A DNA stretch of 64,000 nt from Octopus vulgaris (taxonomy: Eukaryota), in contig OX597830.1 in the NCBI GenBank assembly GCA_951406725.2, forward strand, positions 49,104,001-49,168,000, written 5' to 3'. Below the pieces are notes generated by a model. That model saw only the letters and a list, made by a program, of their open reading frames with translations, was not told the origin of the DNA and made no database searches. The stretch's first letter is position 1. Each line of letters begins with the position of its first letter. Below, piece by piece: positions 42,030 through 56,149 of this stretch. The position numbers were made by a program, and so were the translations under genes.

Positions 42030-42883
42030 CCCCCTTGTCGCTACTGGACGTAGTTGAATATAGCCGAAGACTGAAAGTGAATGTTTTACAACATTTCCAG
42101 AATTGCTTTGTCGTGTTTGACTGACTGAAATGTGATCCAACGGTTTAAAACGGAATTGCAAAGGGTAAACTGTTTTATTATCTTTCATAAATGTCATTCT
42201 ATAAATCTCGATAGAAACATTAAGAGAGGACATTAAATACTTCCCTTATATTACAAAAGATGCCTTTTAGCAGCTTTAATTCACTTATATTTCTTTCATA
42301 ATACTCTGTAAACATTCCACTACAGAAGACTTAGGTTCTAAGGGTCAGCTGTCTCCATTTGTGACGATGTCTTTAGATTGAGATTTAAAAAAAATAAAAC
42401 TAAACATAAAAACACAAAACAAAAAAATCACGGAATGTTTCAAATCCATGCTTCAGGTAAATTCTGTAATATTAGAAGAGAGCACAAAAGAAGAAAGACC
42501 CTTAACATTTAAAATTCACGGCCAAATGATCCACTGCCGCGTACGCGCTCGCTTTCGTTACCCCTGGCTCTTTATCTTTCAACAAATTAAAATCCATTGA
42601 TGATTCGATGTTCACTCATATTCAATATATTATCAATATTATCCGAATTTTTGACGTCAAAATTTCTCTCCAAATGTTGTTATAATCTATTTAGTTCGCC
42701 ATTAATGTAGCAGATTGCTTTAATGTTATTTGACCTCGAGAATGTTCTCTCCGTTTCAGGTCACTGCTGGATTGGAACTCTGGCTTCACACCTTCACTTA
42801 ACATTTATTCTTGTGAAACGGATTCAAACTAATCGATAAATTTTATTATCCGTACTTCCTCTTTCTACCTCTCTTCGTACGTT

Positions 42884-42953
<70 letters not shown>

Positions 42954-43185
42954 ACTTTTTCTTTTTAATCTCTCTCTCTATTTTCCTCATCGCACCTCCC
43001 CCCCTCTCTCTATCTCTCTCTCTCTCTCATATTAAAATATTCACATTAATCTCTTGTTACTTCATTTAGTTATTCTAATAAATACGTGTGTTGTTGTCAT
43101 GTTCTCACAAATCTGATTGCTGGTCTCTCACGATAGCCAACACCGTTGCAACAATGTGCCAACACAAATTTGGTTTTATTGTGAC

Positions 43186-43580
<395 letters not shown>

Positions 43581-43888
43581 TAGATGTTGTTGTCGTTGCT
43601 GGTTACTATGTTTGCTGGTGTTGCCGACGACGACGACGACGAAACTGCTGCTGGTGACGATAGCGATGTTGGCGGTGGCGATGGCGGTGTCGGTGCCGCT
43701 GACATTATCGTTGAAGTGGATGCAACTGTGTTTAGACCGGAGAATTGTTAATATAATTTGACACAGATCGGAACTAAGCGTGCTCGTCAATAAATACCAT
43801 AGGATCTCTTTATCGGAAATGTTTATCATACGTGTTTGGGTTTGTGTATGTTTGTGTGTGCGCGTGTATGTTTGTGCGTACGCGTGTA

Positions 43889-43948
<60 letters not shown>

Positions 43949-44506
43949 TGAATATGTCGAAGATGTGTAAGTAATGTTTCTCGTAATATTTTGTCTGCGA
44001 ATTCTGTGTGTTCTGAGACTGTAAGTGGCACCATAACAAAAATGGCAGCTATGCTCTTCCTATGCTCTTTCTGTTAATTCACACTTTCGTTGTGATTCTG
44101 TAGAAGACGAATACCATTATAGATAATACGCCAAAGACAAATCGAATTCCGACGTATAAAGACATCCATTTTCTTAGATTAGTTAACCGTGATTTAATAA
44201 TGATCAGCTTAACTTTAAATTTAGTATTTTCTCACCGAGTATATTGTCGTGTGCCGAGCTGTTCATAACGTATTTGATTTATACAAACATAATTATATGT
44301 AGTTAGGCGTAAATGATACACACATACATACTTACATACACGCACGCACACACACACATACACATACGCACATATGTATGTATAGGCAATCGTATAGAAT
44401 CTTATGTGCATGAATAAACTTATGAACATTTATGCATATAACATATGTCTATATATCTATACACGCATATATGCATTGATAGATTTACACGTCTCTCTCT
44501 GAGTCT

Positions 44507-44587
<81 letters not shown>

Positions 44588-44593
44588 CGTATG

Positions 44594-44630
<37 letters not shown>

Positions 44631-44704
44631 CAATCTTTTTCCAAAGAGTGAAACCGGTAAAGTAAATAAACATCTTTTAAAATTGCATTTTCAAACCTTC
44701 TTTC

Positions 44705-44770
<66 letters not shown>

Positions 44771-44771
44771 T

Positions 44772-44996
44772 CGGTTCACCGATAATCGGTGGGCCTGCGC
44801 AGTTGTCAAGTGGTACCTGTACGAGCGGAAACGACCACTCGGAAGGCCTCCACGACGGTGGTGTTACGATTTCAGGAGGACGATTGGGATCACGTGGATG
44901 AGAAAGGCGCGATCCAGAGAGGAATGGACAGCGTGGTGTGACAAGCGGTGTCAAATGGACGCCCGACGGACTGGTCGGTCCAGGTGATCAAGGTGA
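44772..44996 (+). mobile_element. 5'-truncated RTE-clade LINE 3' end inserted in (TA)n
   Basis: Frame from 44772: [52 protein letters not shown], matching the RTE C-terminal DxRW..KRxxGRPxxRW..W..A..R..W motif. Confidence 0.85.
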
Positions 44997-45652
44997 TATA
45001 TATATATATATACATATATAGGCATGAATAAAATATGAACATTTATATATCATATCTATATATACGTATATATATATGGATATAAAGATATATATACGCA
45101 TATATTTATCCATGGATATCTATGTCTCTGTATGTATATGAAAACACACACATGCAAACAAACATACATACACGCATGTTGTGAAGATGGCTGAAATAGA
45201 CACACGGTGTTTGGGCGGCACTTGTTTTGGCAAAGGAATCTGAGTATTTTTCAAATATCTTAAACTTTACCTCCTGTTGAGAGTTTTGATATTTGTTCAG
45301 ACCAACGATTCTAATGCATACATACATACATACATACATACATACATACATACATACAAACATACTTACATACACACGTACATACATACATACATACATA
45401 CATACTTACATACATACATACATACATACATACACACACACACAAACATACACACACATATATATATATATACATACATACATATACATAATGTGTTTTA
45501 TGGGAACATAAAAATTTTTAGTATACAGAAATATATAAAATATTTGCTCATTTTCAACCTCGTCTCATTATTTTCCAGCTCTCTCTCTCTTTGTCTCTCT
45601 CTCCACACACACACACATATATACATGGAGAGACAGATAGAGATAGATAGAT

Positions 45653-45688
<36 letters not shown>

Positions 45689-46755
45689 AGAATGAGAGAG
45701 GGAGGGAGAGATATGTAGACGTGTGTGTATGTATGTCAGAATTAGTAAGAGACTGAAAATGAGGTAAATATTTTTATATATTCGAATTTCAGTCAAAATA
45801 AAAAACGAAGCTTTATTCTTCACATAAAAAGATATAAATGTGTATGTGTGTGTGTGTGTGTGTATGTGTGTGTGCGTGTGTGCGTGTGTCCGTGTGTAAG
45901 AAAATTTAAGTACACAAGGGTTATGTCTTTGCATAAAAATTTTTTACTGAAGATGATAATACTTTTTACTTACAGTAAGATATTTTTCACAAAAAAGTTT
46001 TTCTAGAAAGAAAGTAAGAGAATCATACTTCTTTCCGTGAAGGGCAAGGGTTTCAGATTGCACAGAAGAGAAGTTTCTACAAAAAATATTTTATAAAACA
46101 GTGTAAAAAATTAAAACTCATTTTACTGACCAGTTTGTACTTTTCTAGTTTAACAAAGTGTAAAATTGAGTCTAAATGGATTTTTTTTACCCATGTCTAC
46201 ATACACACATGCACAAGCTTGCACATTTAAGTATATATATTTATGTATAAATTTACTGACGGATATATATCATTGTGATGATAATTCACAAGATTTTGTA
46301 ATTTTCCGAATCACAATTAGATTTTTTTAATTGATCCTTCTAGTAAAGGTACGATATGTATCAGTCTTATACTGTGGTTGATTTATTCCATTACACTTGT
46401 AAAGGCGATTCGAAACATATCTGCTCGATACATGGTTAGACACCACCAGTATACCACCATAGTTTCACGAGATCTGTCTACAAATCCACTAGTGAGCGTG
46501 AGACTGTGGCATATCAGGGTTTTCTCAAACGCTCTTGTTTCCAATAAAAAAATACCGCTTTTGGCGATTTTCTAAGGGCAGTGTTGAAGGCAGTCGAGCA
46601 ACACAAGCCTTCTCTCTCTCTCTGGGCAAACAGTTCAGAGTGAACCCGGAACCATGTGGTGGGTGTCATACAAAAATTATGGTAGGAAGCATGACCGTAG
46701 AAAAGATAAATCCACGTTTTGAATAAATATACATATATATTCTAAAATATACATA

Positions 46756-47143
46756 CTCTTTTACTTGTTTCAGTCATTTGACTGTGGCCATGGTGGAGCA
46801 CCACCTTTAGTCGAGCAAATCGACCCCAGGACTTATTCTTTGTAAGTCTATCACTTTTGCCGAACCGCTAAGTTACGGGGGCGTAAACTCACCAGCATCG
46901 GTTGTCAAGCGATGCTGGGGGGGGGGGGGGGGGGCAATTACAGACACACAAACGTATACACACATATATACACATAGATACGATGGGCGTTTTTCCGTTT
47001 CCGTCAACCAAATCCACTCATAAGGCTTTGGTCGGCCCGAGGCTACAGTAGAAAACACTTGCGCAAGGTGCCACGCAGTGGGACTGAACCCGGAACCATG
47101 TGGTTCGTAAGCAAACTACTTACCACACAGCCACTCCTACGCC
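46756..47143 (-). mobile_element. SINE family A, full length
   Basis: Head-to-tail match to the other family A copies. Confidence 0.92.
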
Positions 47144-47176
47144 TTCGGGGTTTCGGCTGTAAATTAATAAAAAGTA

Positions 47177-47222
47177 ATTTCTGAAGAACGACATCTTGTA
47201 TATGTGTCAAAACAGTTTAAAT
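47177..47222 (+). ncRNA. Degenerate minimal hammerhead-like motif (probably inactive)
   Basis: ATTT-CTGAAGA-ac-GACAT..ATGTGTC-AAAAC-AGTTT-AAAT; GAAA core reads AAAA. Confidence 0.35.
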
Positions 47223-47673
47223 AAAAGACGCTCTTGACATCCACAATAAATCCTTTCCGTGTATGAAAAGATAAACGTTTTACTATTATTGTTGTACGTG
47301 ACAGTATTATATTATATTACAGCTTAGAAGGCAGTTTATAAAAATCATCTCCCTATGACATCATCGTGAATCTATGACGTAACAGATTTGAATTATCATG
47401 GGAAGAACGCATTCAACATACAAAGATGCGAGTAACTTTAACGAAATACTGCAAGGTTCCTTATGAGGCTTCGTGGCTTTTGTCCCTGTGTTCTAGGTTT
47501 GTAAACGCTACCTGATGATGGTTGTATGAATGTCCACACGGTAAATGAGTAAATATGCATGCGCCCAAAACACGTACACGTATACAAAAATACGCTTGCA
47601 TCTGGATATACGTATGTATGTATATATGTGCCTATGTCCTTCGCATGACGCTTAGAGTATATCTGCGTACACA

Positions 47674-47707
<34 letters not shown>

Positions 47708-47731
47708 AAGATATACACACATATTTATAAA

Positions 47732-47764
<33 letters not shown>

Positions 47765-48513
47765 GCACATACATATAATATATATGTATATATATATATA
47801 TATACGTATATGTATGTGTGTTTATGTATATATATATATATATACTTATATATGTATGTATGTGTACATATAAAATCACAATATGATATTGACACACGCA
47901 ACACACTCAAACACACATACTCACCGGCTCTCATACATGCATTACCTATTTTCCGATGTGCAGGGAATAATATTGGTTTTAATTCTAGTATTAATATTTC
48001 CTAACAAATTGAAAGCAATACTTTCCAACATCCGTCTTGAATGATTTTGTTTTCGTTGAAGTGGATTTAACTCTGGCAGAAAATCAATTCTACATACGCG
48101 TTTACCAAAGTGAATATAGGTATGCATGTGAATCTGTATGTATAGATGTTCGTGTGTATGTGTGTGTGTGTGTGTGTATGTGTGTGTGTATGTGTGTGTA
48201 TGCGAGCATGCATATGTACGTTTATATGTATGAGTGGCCGGTATTTGCTTATGTGACTATATGTCTATGAATACATGTATATGTATAGTTGTGTACGTGA
48301 TCTGCTTGAATATATGCGTGTCTGTATGTATTTGTATACCGTGAGTTTCATGTTTTAGTTTTCAATTACAATTATTTTTTTAACGCAAACACAGACTCAC
48401 ATGCGCGCACACACACACTTATATATGCGTGTTTCTAGTTCACGGATTTTCACCTATCGCGGCAGTTTTGGGAACATAACACCCGCAGTAGTCAAGGTAT
48501 TACTGTATGATTT

Positions 48514-48741
48514 AGGTGGTGAGCTGGCAGAATCGTCAGCACGCCGGGTAGAATGCTTTACAGTATTTCGTCAGTGTTTACGTTTTTAGTTCAAATACCG
48601 CCAAGGTCGACTTTACCTTCTATCCTTTCGGGGTCGATAAAATAAATGCCAGTTGAGTATTGGGGTCAATATAATCGACTAGTTCCTCCCGAACTTTCTG
48701 GGCTTGTGCCAAAAATTGAAACTATTATTATTATTATTATT
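48514..48741 (+). mobile_element. SINE family B monomer, tail 2 with (ATT)n end
   Basis: ggtggtgagctggcagaatcg...ggggtcgataaaataa...gggcttgtgcc...attattatt. Confidence 0.85.
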
Positions 48742-49268
48742 AAAATGTATGTATACACACAAATATAGTGATAAAGAAATTGAGAGAGGGACCCATTTCT
48801 TTGCGGTTCATACTTAAGAAACAAAATTCACTCACACCTCTTAAACTTGCCTATAATAAGAAAGAAAAAAAACCCAACATAAAAGCAATGCTTTTCCTAA
48901 GGTTAATGTAAAATTTACTCCTTTTGTTTCAGTCGCGCGCTAAAAGCGTTTTTATTTACAAAATGTCATATAGAAAATTTGTGCACGCGCATGCGCTCTC
49001 AGATATGTTAGTGCGTATACATCTGTATGTTTCATATGTATAAATTGCCTATCTTTCGAGAACTTGTGTGAAGTTTATACGTAATGCGTGTGTTTTTATT
49101 TTTGTATGTATATATATATATATATATATTTTATATCTATCTATCTATCTATATATCTTTCTATCTATCTATCTATCTATCTATCTATATATCTTTCTCC
49201 TTCCTGCACACGACATTTTCTTTCATGCTACACACTCACGCACACTTCTTTCTCTTACCCTCTGTCTC

Positions 49269-49317
<49 letters not shown>

Positions 49318-50169
49318 ACTATACATATATACGTATATATGTAAAGACAAAGAGTGAGAGAGATAAATGCAAGCATTTCTTTACGACTCAATCTTATAAA
49401 AAATTTAAGAAGGAAACTTTCAAAATTACGCAACACATGCAAAAGAAATTTGTTCTCTGAGGAGTAGATTTACTTCTTTGAAATATTTATTATCTGTTTT
49501 TTTTTTTTAACCCTATAATGCTATACACTAAATTTTAACAGGAGCGTTCCCCATTAGATGTTTTGTGCATTTGTGTGTGTATGTGCTCTTGATACGTATG
49601 TGTCGCTTACGTCCATGTATGTCAGATTTCGTTGTATATTTGTGTGATTTTCTTGCGTGGGCTTTCTTTTCCTTATCTGTTTTCCACCTTTGGATAGAAA
49701 TTACTTTAATAATGAGAATGTTGTGCTTTCAGAGATTTGTTGATAGCTTCACCCAACTTTTCAGCGTATTTGCAATCGCCATTAACGTTTTCGTCATTTC
49801 CGCAGTTACCAGAAGTCTTTTGGTTGCTGTAGCTCCACTTGTTGTTGTTATAGGTTAATAGCATTTACGGGTTTTAACCTCGCTGAGATATTTTTTGTTT
49901 TCAGATCGACCAATCCCATGGAGGAGTATTCAATACTGCACTACTATCTGTTTATTTTGTAATGGCTTTTCGATCCTCGGGCAAATTAGGCAATATCTTA
50001 ACCAGGGCAGGGAATTACTCTTCCACACCCTTTACTCCTCCATGTCAAGAAGACGAACTTGTTAACATCTTGGGATTGCTACTATTTCGACGAAGATGCT
50101 TTCAAGGAATGGGACCGAACTCTAGGAAGTTGTGGGATTTTTAATAAGAAACTTAACTAAAGTTAACCA

Positions 50170-50334
50170 GGCGCAGGAGTGGCTGTGTGGTAAGTACCTT
50201 GCTTACCAACCACATGGTTCCGGGTTCAGTCCCACTGCGTGGCACCTTGGGCGAGTGTCGTCTACTATAGCCTCGGGCTGACCAAAGCCTTGTGAGTGGA
50301 TTTGGTAGACGGAAACTAAAAGAAGCCCGTCGTA

Positions 50335-50366
<32 letters not shown>

Positions 50367-50608
50367 AGTATGTGTGTGTATATGTTTGTGTGTCTGTGTT
50401 TATCCCCCCAACATCGCTTGACAACCGATGCTGGTGTGCTTATGTCCCCGTAACTTAGCGGTTCGGCAAAAGGGAGACCGATAGATTAAGTACTAGGCTT
50501 GCAAAGAATAAGTCCTGGGGTCGATGCGCTCGACTAAAGGCGGTGCTCCAGCATGGCTGCAGTGAAATGACTGAAACAAGTAAAAGAGTAAAAAAGAGTA
50601 AAGAGTAA
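50170..50608 (+). mobile_element. SINE family A, full length
   Basis: Head-to-tail match; tail of GTAAAAGA-type repeats. Confidence 0.92.
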
Positions 50609-51629
50609 AGTATTATTGAGCAGGTCGAATTCAAAATCACGTGGTTGCGAAGCGAACTTCTACGACCCATTTATTAGGTCGGTTTCCGCTTACTATTACT
50701 CAAATAAATCAATTATTTAATCTGTACAATATTCCAGTGCAATCTTCAAGCCAAAGACTCTGAATAAATAATCTAAAATATTAGAAAACACTGATCTATG
50801 TAAAGTGAAATCAGATCAATATTTTCCAAGGTAACTATTTATAGAATCTACAAAGATGATATCATCGACTCAAAAGTTCAAAGATTTTCGTCATGTATAT
50901 TCATTATTTTTCTCGAATTCTTCTGTTCCATGACAATCTAGATGATTTGTCATCTCTGATATTAAGCTCCTTTTGATATTCCTGTTTTGTTTCTTTTTAG
51001 AAAAGCTATCTACATATAATGAGCGCTAAACACGAGACTTGGAATAAACAAACAAAAACATAGGTTGCTCTCCATCCAGTCACTGATTTCCCGTTCGCAT
51101 AATTTTTTTACAAAACGTCTTTAGATATTAATTTTATGACTCATCAACACACAGAAGAACACACATATCTTATATAATAGCTTTTTTATCACTGGAAATA
51201 TTTCTCTGTGATAATATTTCAATATACTTCGTTCAAATATATTTGTCGCATATCACTGAAATGCAATTTTCTAAGTATTTATTTTCACAAAAAGCTTTTC
51301 TTGACGTTTCTGCATATATATACTTAGTTGTTAGTTACGTCATTCACTGAATAGAAGCTACATTGCTGCCGTCACAATTAAATCTCCATTAATGTATAGA
51401 TCTTGACCTCAGCTTATGGCTGTCATATTCTCTTGTCAACGTAATAAATAGTAAAAAATCTCCATGATTTCTTCTGATCATTTGGCATTTCAATGAAATA
51501 TAGTAAAGATCTAAAAATGACCTTCCATTGTGGATCTTTAAACTAAGATGAAAGTTTTCTTTTTATACAAATCCCCATTTAAAACACAGAAATAGAGTTT
51601 CACCACAGGCTGGGTTAAAGAAATGATAA

Positions 51630-51690
<61 letters not shown>

Positions 51691-51824
51691 ATTCGTGTGT
51701 GTATGTCTCTATTAGTAGCAATACAGTACAATATAATGTACTTGATATTCACAGCTAATACAATTTTTTCTGCGCTATAGTAACTAAATAATAACAACAA
51801 CAACAATAATAATAATGATGATGA

Positions 51825-51970
51825 ATTGAGACTCGCATTGTCGACCTCCAGAAAAGTACCATCCTATATTGTTCAAGAATTCTAAGACAGTTTCTTGAGG
51901 GCTGAGGTCACTTCTCACCAAACAAACAACATAGCATTCCTGCTAATTAAATTTAGCGTGTACTAGCTCG
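51825..51970 (+). mobile_element. Short R4/Dong-like LINE 3' end between AAT-type repeats
   Basis: IETRIVDLQKSTILYCSRILRQFLEG* (51825-51905) matches the LQK..L..ILR..L C-terminus seen at 56250 and 57446; AAT repeats on both sides. Confidence 0.65.
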
Positions 51971-52393
51971 ATAATAATAATGATAATAATAATTTCAGAT
52001 TTTGGTATCAAAAGGAGAAGGGTGAAATCGTTTTAAGTAAATCAATTTCATCGATCGCTGTACTTGATTTGTACTTTATCCACCCCAAAAGTATGAAATG
52101 CAAAGTTGACCACGGTGGAATTTGAACTCAGAATGTAAGAAGCAGCATGGTATTTTTCCCAATTCAGGCAGCTCACCGAGTTTAAAAGGAAATAGTTTCT
52201 GATACAGGCATAAGACAAAATACTTTTGTGGAAGGGGTTAACACCACCAAAATCTACAACTGATTGCCGCTTAATTTTATCAACACCAGAAAAATAAAAA
52301 GCAAAGACGACCTCAGTAGAATTCAAATTAAGAATGTAAGAAATGAAACAAATTTTGCTGCTCATTTTGTCGAAGTTTAAACGACTAATATAA

Positions 52394-52815
52394 AGGCGGC
52401 GAGCTGGCAAAAACGTTAGCACGCCGGACAAATTGTTTAGCAGCACCTCTTCTGGCTTTACGTGCTCAGTTCAAAATTCCGCCGAAGTCGACTTTGCCTT
52501 TCATCTTTTCGGGGTCGATAAATTAAGTACCAGTTATGCAATGGGGTCGATGTAATCGACTTAATCCCTTTATCTGTCCTTGTTTGTCCCCTCTATGTTT
52601 AGCCCCTTGAGTGCAGTAAAGAAATAAGAAACGTCAGCAAGCAGGGCAAAAAGCTTAGCAGTATTTCGTCTGTCTTTAAGATCTGAGTTCAAATTCCGCC
52701 GAAATTTGCCTTTCATCCTTTCGGGGCCGATAAATTAAGTACCAGTTGCGTACTGGGGTCGATCTAATCGACTGGCTCCCTCTCCCAAAATTTCGAGCCT
52801 TGTGCTTTAGTAGCA
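52394..52815 (+). mobile_element. SINE family B dimer (tail 1 then tail 2)
   Basis: Junction gtaaagaaataagaaacgtcagca (~52615-52640) equivalent to that at ~38160. Confidence 0.88.
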
Positions 52816-52916
52816 TAATAAACATTTTTATGAAGGGTGGGCAGTGAAGATGAAGAAAACAAAAATTACCGAAAGAAATATCGGTATCCTTGATCTACAT
52901 GAAATATAATAACAAT

Positions 52917-53127
52917 CCTTTCTACTTAAGGCACAAGGCCAGAAATTTGGTGGCTGGGGACAATAGCTTACATCGACCCCAGTGCGTAACTGGTACTTAT
53001 TTTATCGACCTCGAAAGGATAAAAGGCAAAGTCGACGCTGGTGGAATTTGAACTCAGAACGTAGCGGTAGAGGAACTACAGCAAGCATTCTGCCCGGCGT
53101 GCTAACGTTTCTGCCAGCTCACCGCCT
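52917..53127 (-). mobile_element. SINE family B monomer (tail 2)
   Basis: Reverse complement of family B core and head. Confidence 0.88.
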
Positions 53128-53468
53128 CAGATGCTGATATTAATAGTGATAATTACAAAAATGATAATAATGGTATATGTTGATGATAATATACGAACAA
53201 AATAATATAAAAGACGGGTATATGTAAAACACGAATTATGATTATATACAGTAAAACATGAATTATAATAATATACAGTAACATATGTTGATGAATATAC
53301 AATAGAGCCGCAGTCTCTCTTATTCCGTGAAAAGATGTGTCTGTCTATATATCTGATTTCCTGTCTAATCCAGAACTTATATACAGAATTGAGACTAAAT
53401 TAAACGAAAATTAAAATATCCTCTAGTTATGTGCTATTTATAATTGTATTTAATTACGTATGAACATA

Positions 53469-53528
<60 letters not shown>

Positions 53529-53587
53529 TCCAGTAGATATGTGCCTCTGTTTGTGTTTATGTATATATGTACATATGTGTATGTTTA

Positions 53588-53643
<56 letters not shown>

Positions 53644-53788
53644 TATATGTATATATGTGTATGTATGAACATATGTATATATATATATATATATATATAG
53701 CATTTAGATCAGTGTCTGTATGTGTGTATATAAAATATATACATGCCCCTGCCTGTGTGCATGCACGTATATATATATGATCTATCTG

Positions 53789-53833
<45 letters not shown>

Positions 53834-53864
53834 ATATCTATCTATCTATCTATCTATGTATATT

Positions 53865-54150
53865 TCGTCTGATCAATAAATATCCAGACTGTGGCCATAG
53901 TAACGAAGCTAAAACACGCAGAGTAAAACCGCTTGACGCAATTTGACCTTCAACCCAGCTAGATATGCGCACTAAGGTTTAACGCTGTAGCTCACTTCCA
54001 CTGTTTACAACAGTGCTTTGAAGGAAAGGGTGTAGCGTGTGATCGTCGCATTGACTATAGCAGAGAAAGTTAAGCAGAGAAACTGCATCAAATTTTCACA
54101 AAAGCATGGCAATAGTTGCTCAGAGGCCTATGCAAATTTTGAAAAACTTT
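53865..54150 (+). mobile_element. Mariner 5' end remnant
   Basis: TIR-like gtctgatcaataaatatccagact; EKVKQRNCIKFSQKHGNSCSEAYANF resembles mariner N-terminal EQRxxIKF..KLG HTH. Confidence 0.65.
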
Positions 54151-54168
54151 GCATAGTTCTCGACTTAA

Positions 54169-54470
54169 TCAAGGCGATCTTGTGCATCTGAAACCCGAGT
54201 GTCTTCTTAGTCTGATGTGGTTTTTTAAACCAGAAAATCTATGGAAAAGACACCCACATAGATTGCATATCTGATTTGGGTCACCAAAAGCTGCAGTTAA
54301 GTTCTGATCTTTGTGGATATTAAAATGTCTTTTGAGGCCTTTGTTAGATTTGCAAACCTTCTGGCATACATTGCATTGAAAGATGTACACGGCTATATAG
54401 GTAGAATAGTTCGTGGAGGTTCGTCTTTCATGGGTCTGAAAATGAGATTTGAGCCCAGCAAAAGAAAGGC
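54169..54470 (-). mobile_element. C2H2 zinc-finger fragment, probably the 3' end of an RTE/BovB-type LINE
   Basis: One partial finger (CLSFAGLKSHFQTH), one perfect C-x2-C-x12-H-x3-H finger (CNVC..HFNIH), one degenerate finger (CNLC..HIRLR); no TGEKP linkers. Confidence 0.55.
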
Positions 54471-54502
54471 ATACATATACGCACATACACATATACACAC
54501 AC

Positions 54503-54562
<60 letters not shown>

Positions 54563-54571
54563 ATGTATATA

Positions 54572-55516
54572 TTGGGTCATCTCATAATGCGGTTTTTTAT
54601 ACTGTCTGGTGGACTTGCAAGCTTCCACAGGGCTTCTTTGCTTCTTGAAAAGGCTTCTTGCAAGGCTCCTCTTTTGTCCGTGAAGAAAAATACTCCTCTA
54701 GTACTGTTCTGACTTCGTCAACAGAATTCATATGTTTTCCATCCAAATGATTTTGAAGGCTGCGGAATAAATGATAATCAGATGGCGCAATATCCAACAA
54801 ATATGGTGGGAGGGGCATTGTTTTCCATTCACACTGCTCCAGCTTTCGGAATATCATCCTCGCTGTATGTGGCCGAGCATTATCCTGATGAAAGAACACG
54901 TTTCGTCTTGAAACGAAAGATGGTCGTTTTACTTCTAGTGTTGACTAAAGCCGCTAAGCTGCTCGCATTAGATTTCCTTTGTTATCGTTTGGTTTGGGTT
55001 CAAAAGTTCAAAGTGGACTAAACTTTTTATATCCCACCAAAGAGATAACAACGTCTTACGTGGGTGAAGACCTTCTTTAGCCTGGGGTTCCCGTGTGTCT
55101 CCTTTCTCTACCCACTGTCTTCGGTGCTTGACATTTTTATGGAGAACCCATTTCTCGTCACCAGTTACTATTCGGTCCAAAAAGGTTCATTCGTGAAACG
55201 TAACAGCAAAGAAAAGCGCACATTCGATTCCCCATATACTGCATTAATATTAATTGCACTATCCGTAGTGTACTTGCATTTATTCAACTCATAAATCAAA
55301 ATATGCCGAATATGCTCCTTTGTCACTTCCTTTACAGCCTTGAAAAAATAACTGTTAAAATCACACTGCATTCTTCAGATATTGCACTAAGAATTAGTAG
55401 AAGGTAAAGTTACTACCTGCTTTTAATAGCAAGTTGATGCAGGTAGTTTATCCCGACCTTCTCCGATTTTTAGTTCATGCTATTGAAAAAGCAGCATTGT
55501 TTATGGAATGACTCAA
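54572..55516 (-). mobile_element. Mariner (DD34D) transposon, internally deleted and frameshifted
   Basis: TIRs TTGGGTCATCTCATAA / TTGAGTCATTCCATAA; motifs IVTGDEKWV, HQDNARPH, DIAPSDYHLF with 34 residues between the last two Asp. Confidence 0.93.
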
Positions 55517-55729
55517 TTTATAGACGTATACATATATAACTTTATGCATGAATTTACCCGATGTGACCCTTGACTGCGAAATGAATGCACACATACGGAA
55601 AATGGATGCAAACCATGATGCATAGAATCCCACCCATAAAGGACAGTAACAGGAATTGTCTAAATGATCGTCGCACAAAATAAAGACTATATCAATTCCA
55701 TCTTCTGTTTATTTAAATAATAACAATAG

Positions 55730-55796
<67 letters not shown>

Positions 55797-55802
55797 CATA
55801 AT

Positions 55803-55859
<57 letters not shown>

Positions 55860-55928
55860 TTATTATATAACTGTTCAATATTTGGTAGACGGAGGCAAAT
55901 TTCTGCAGCATCATCAGCTAGACGTCCG

Positions 55929-56004
<76 letters not shown>

Positions 56005-56023
56005 GTTATTGTTATTATTGTTA

Positions 56024-56055
<32 letters not shown>

Positions 56056-56070
56056 GTTGGCATATGCCAA

Positions 56071-56146
<76 letters not shown>

Positions 56147-56149
<3 letters not shown>

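Noticed and set aside
54597-55371. SETMAR-like functional gene
   Set aside because: Frameshifts, internal deletion, no SET domain, bounded by TIRs.
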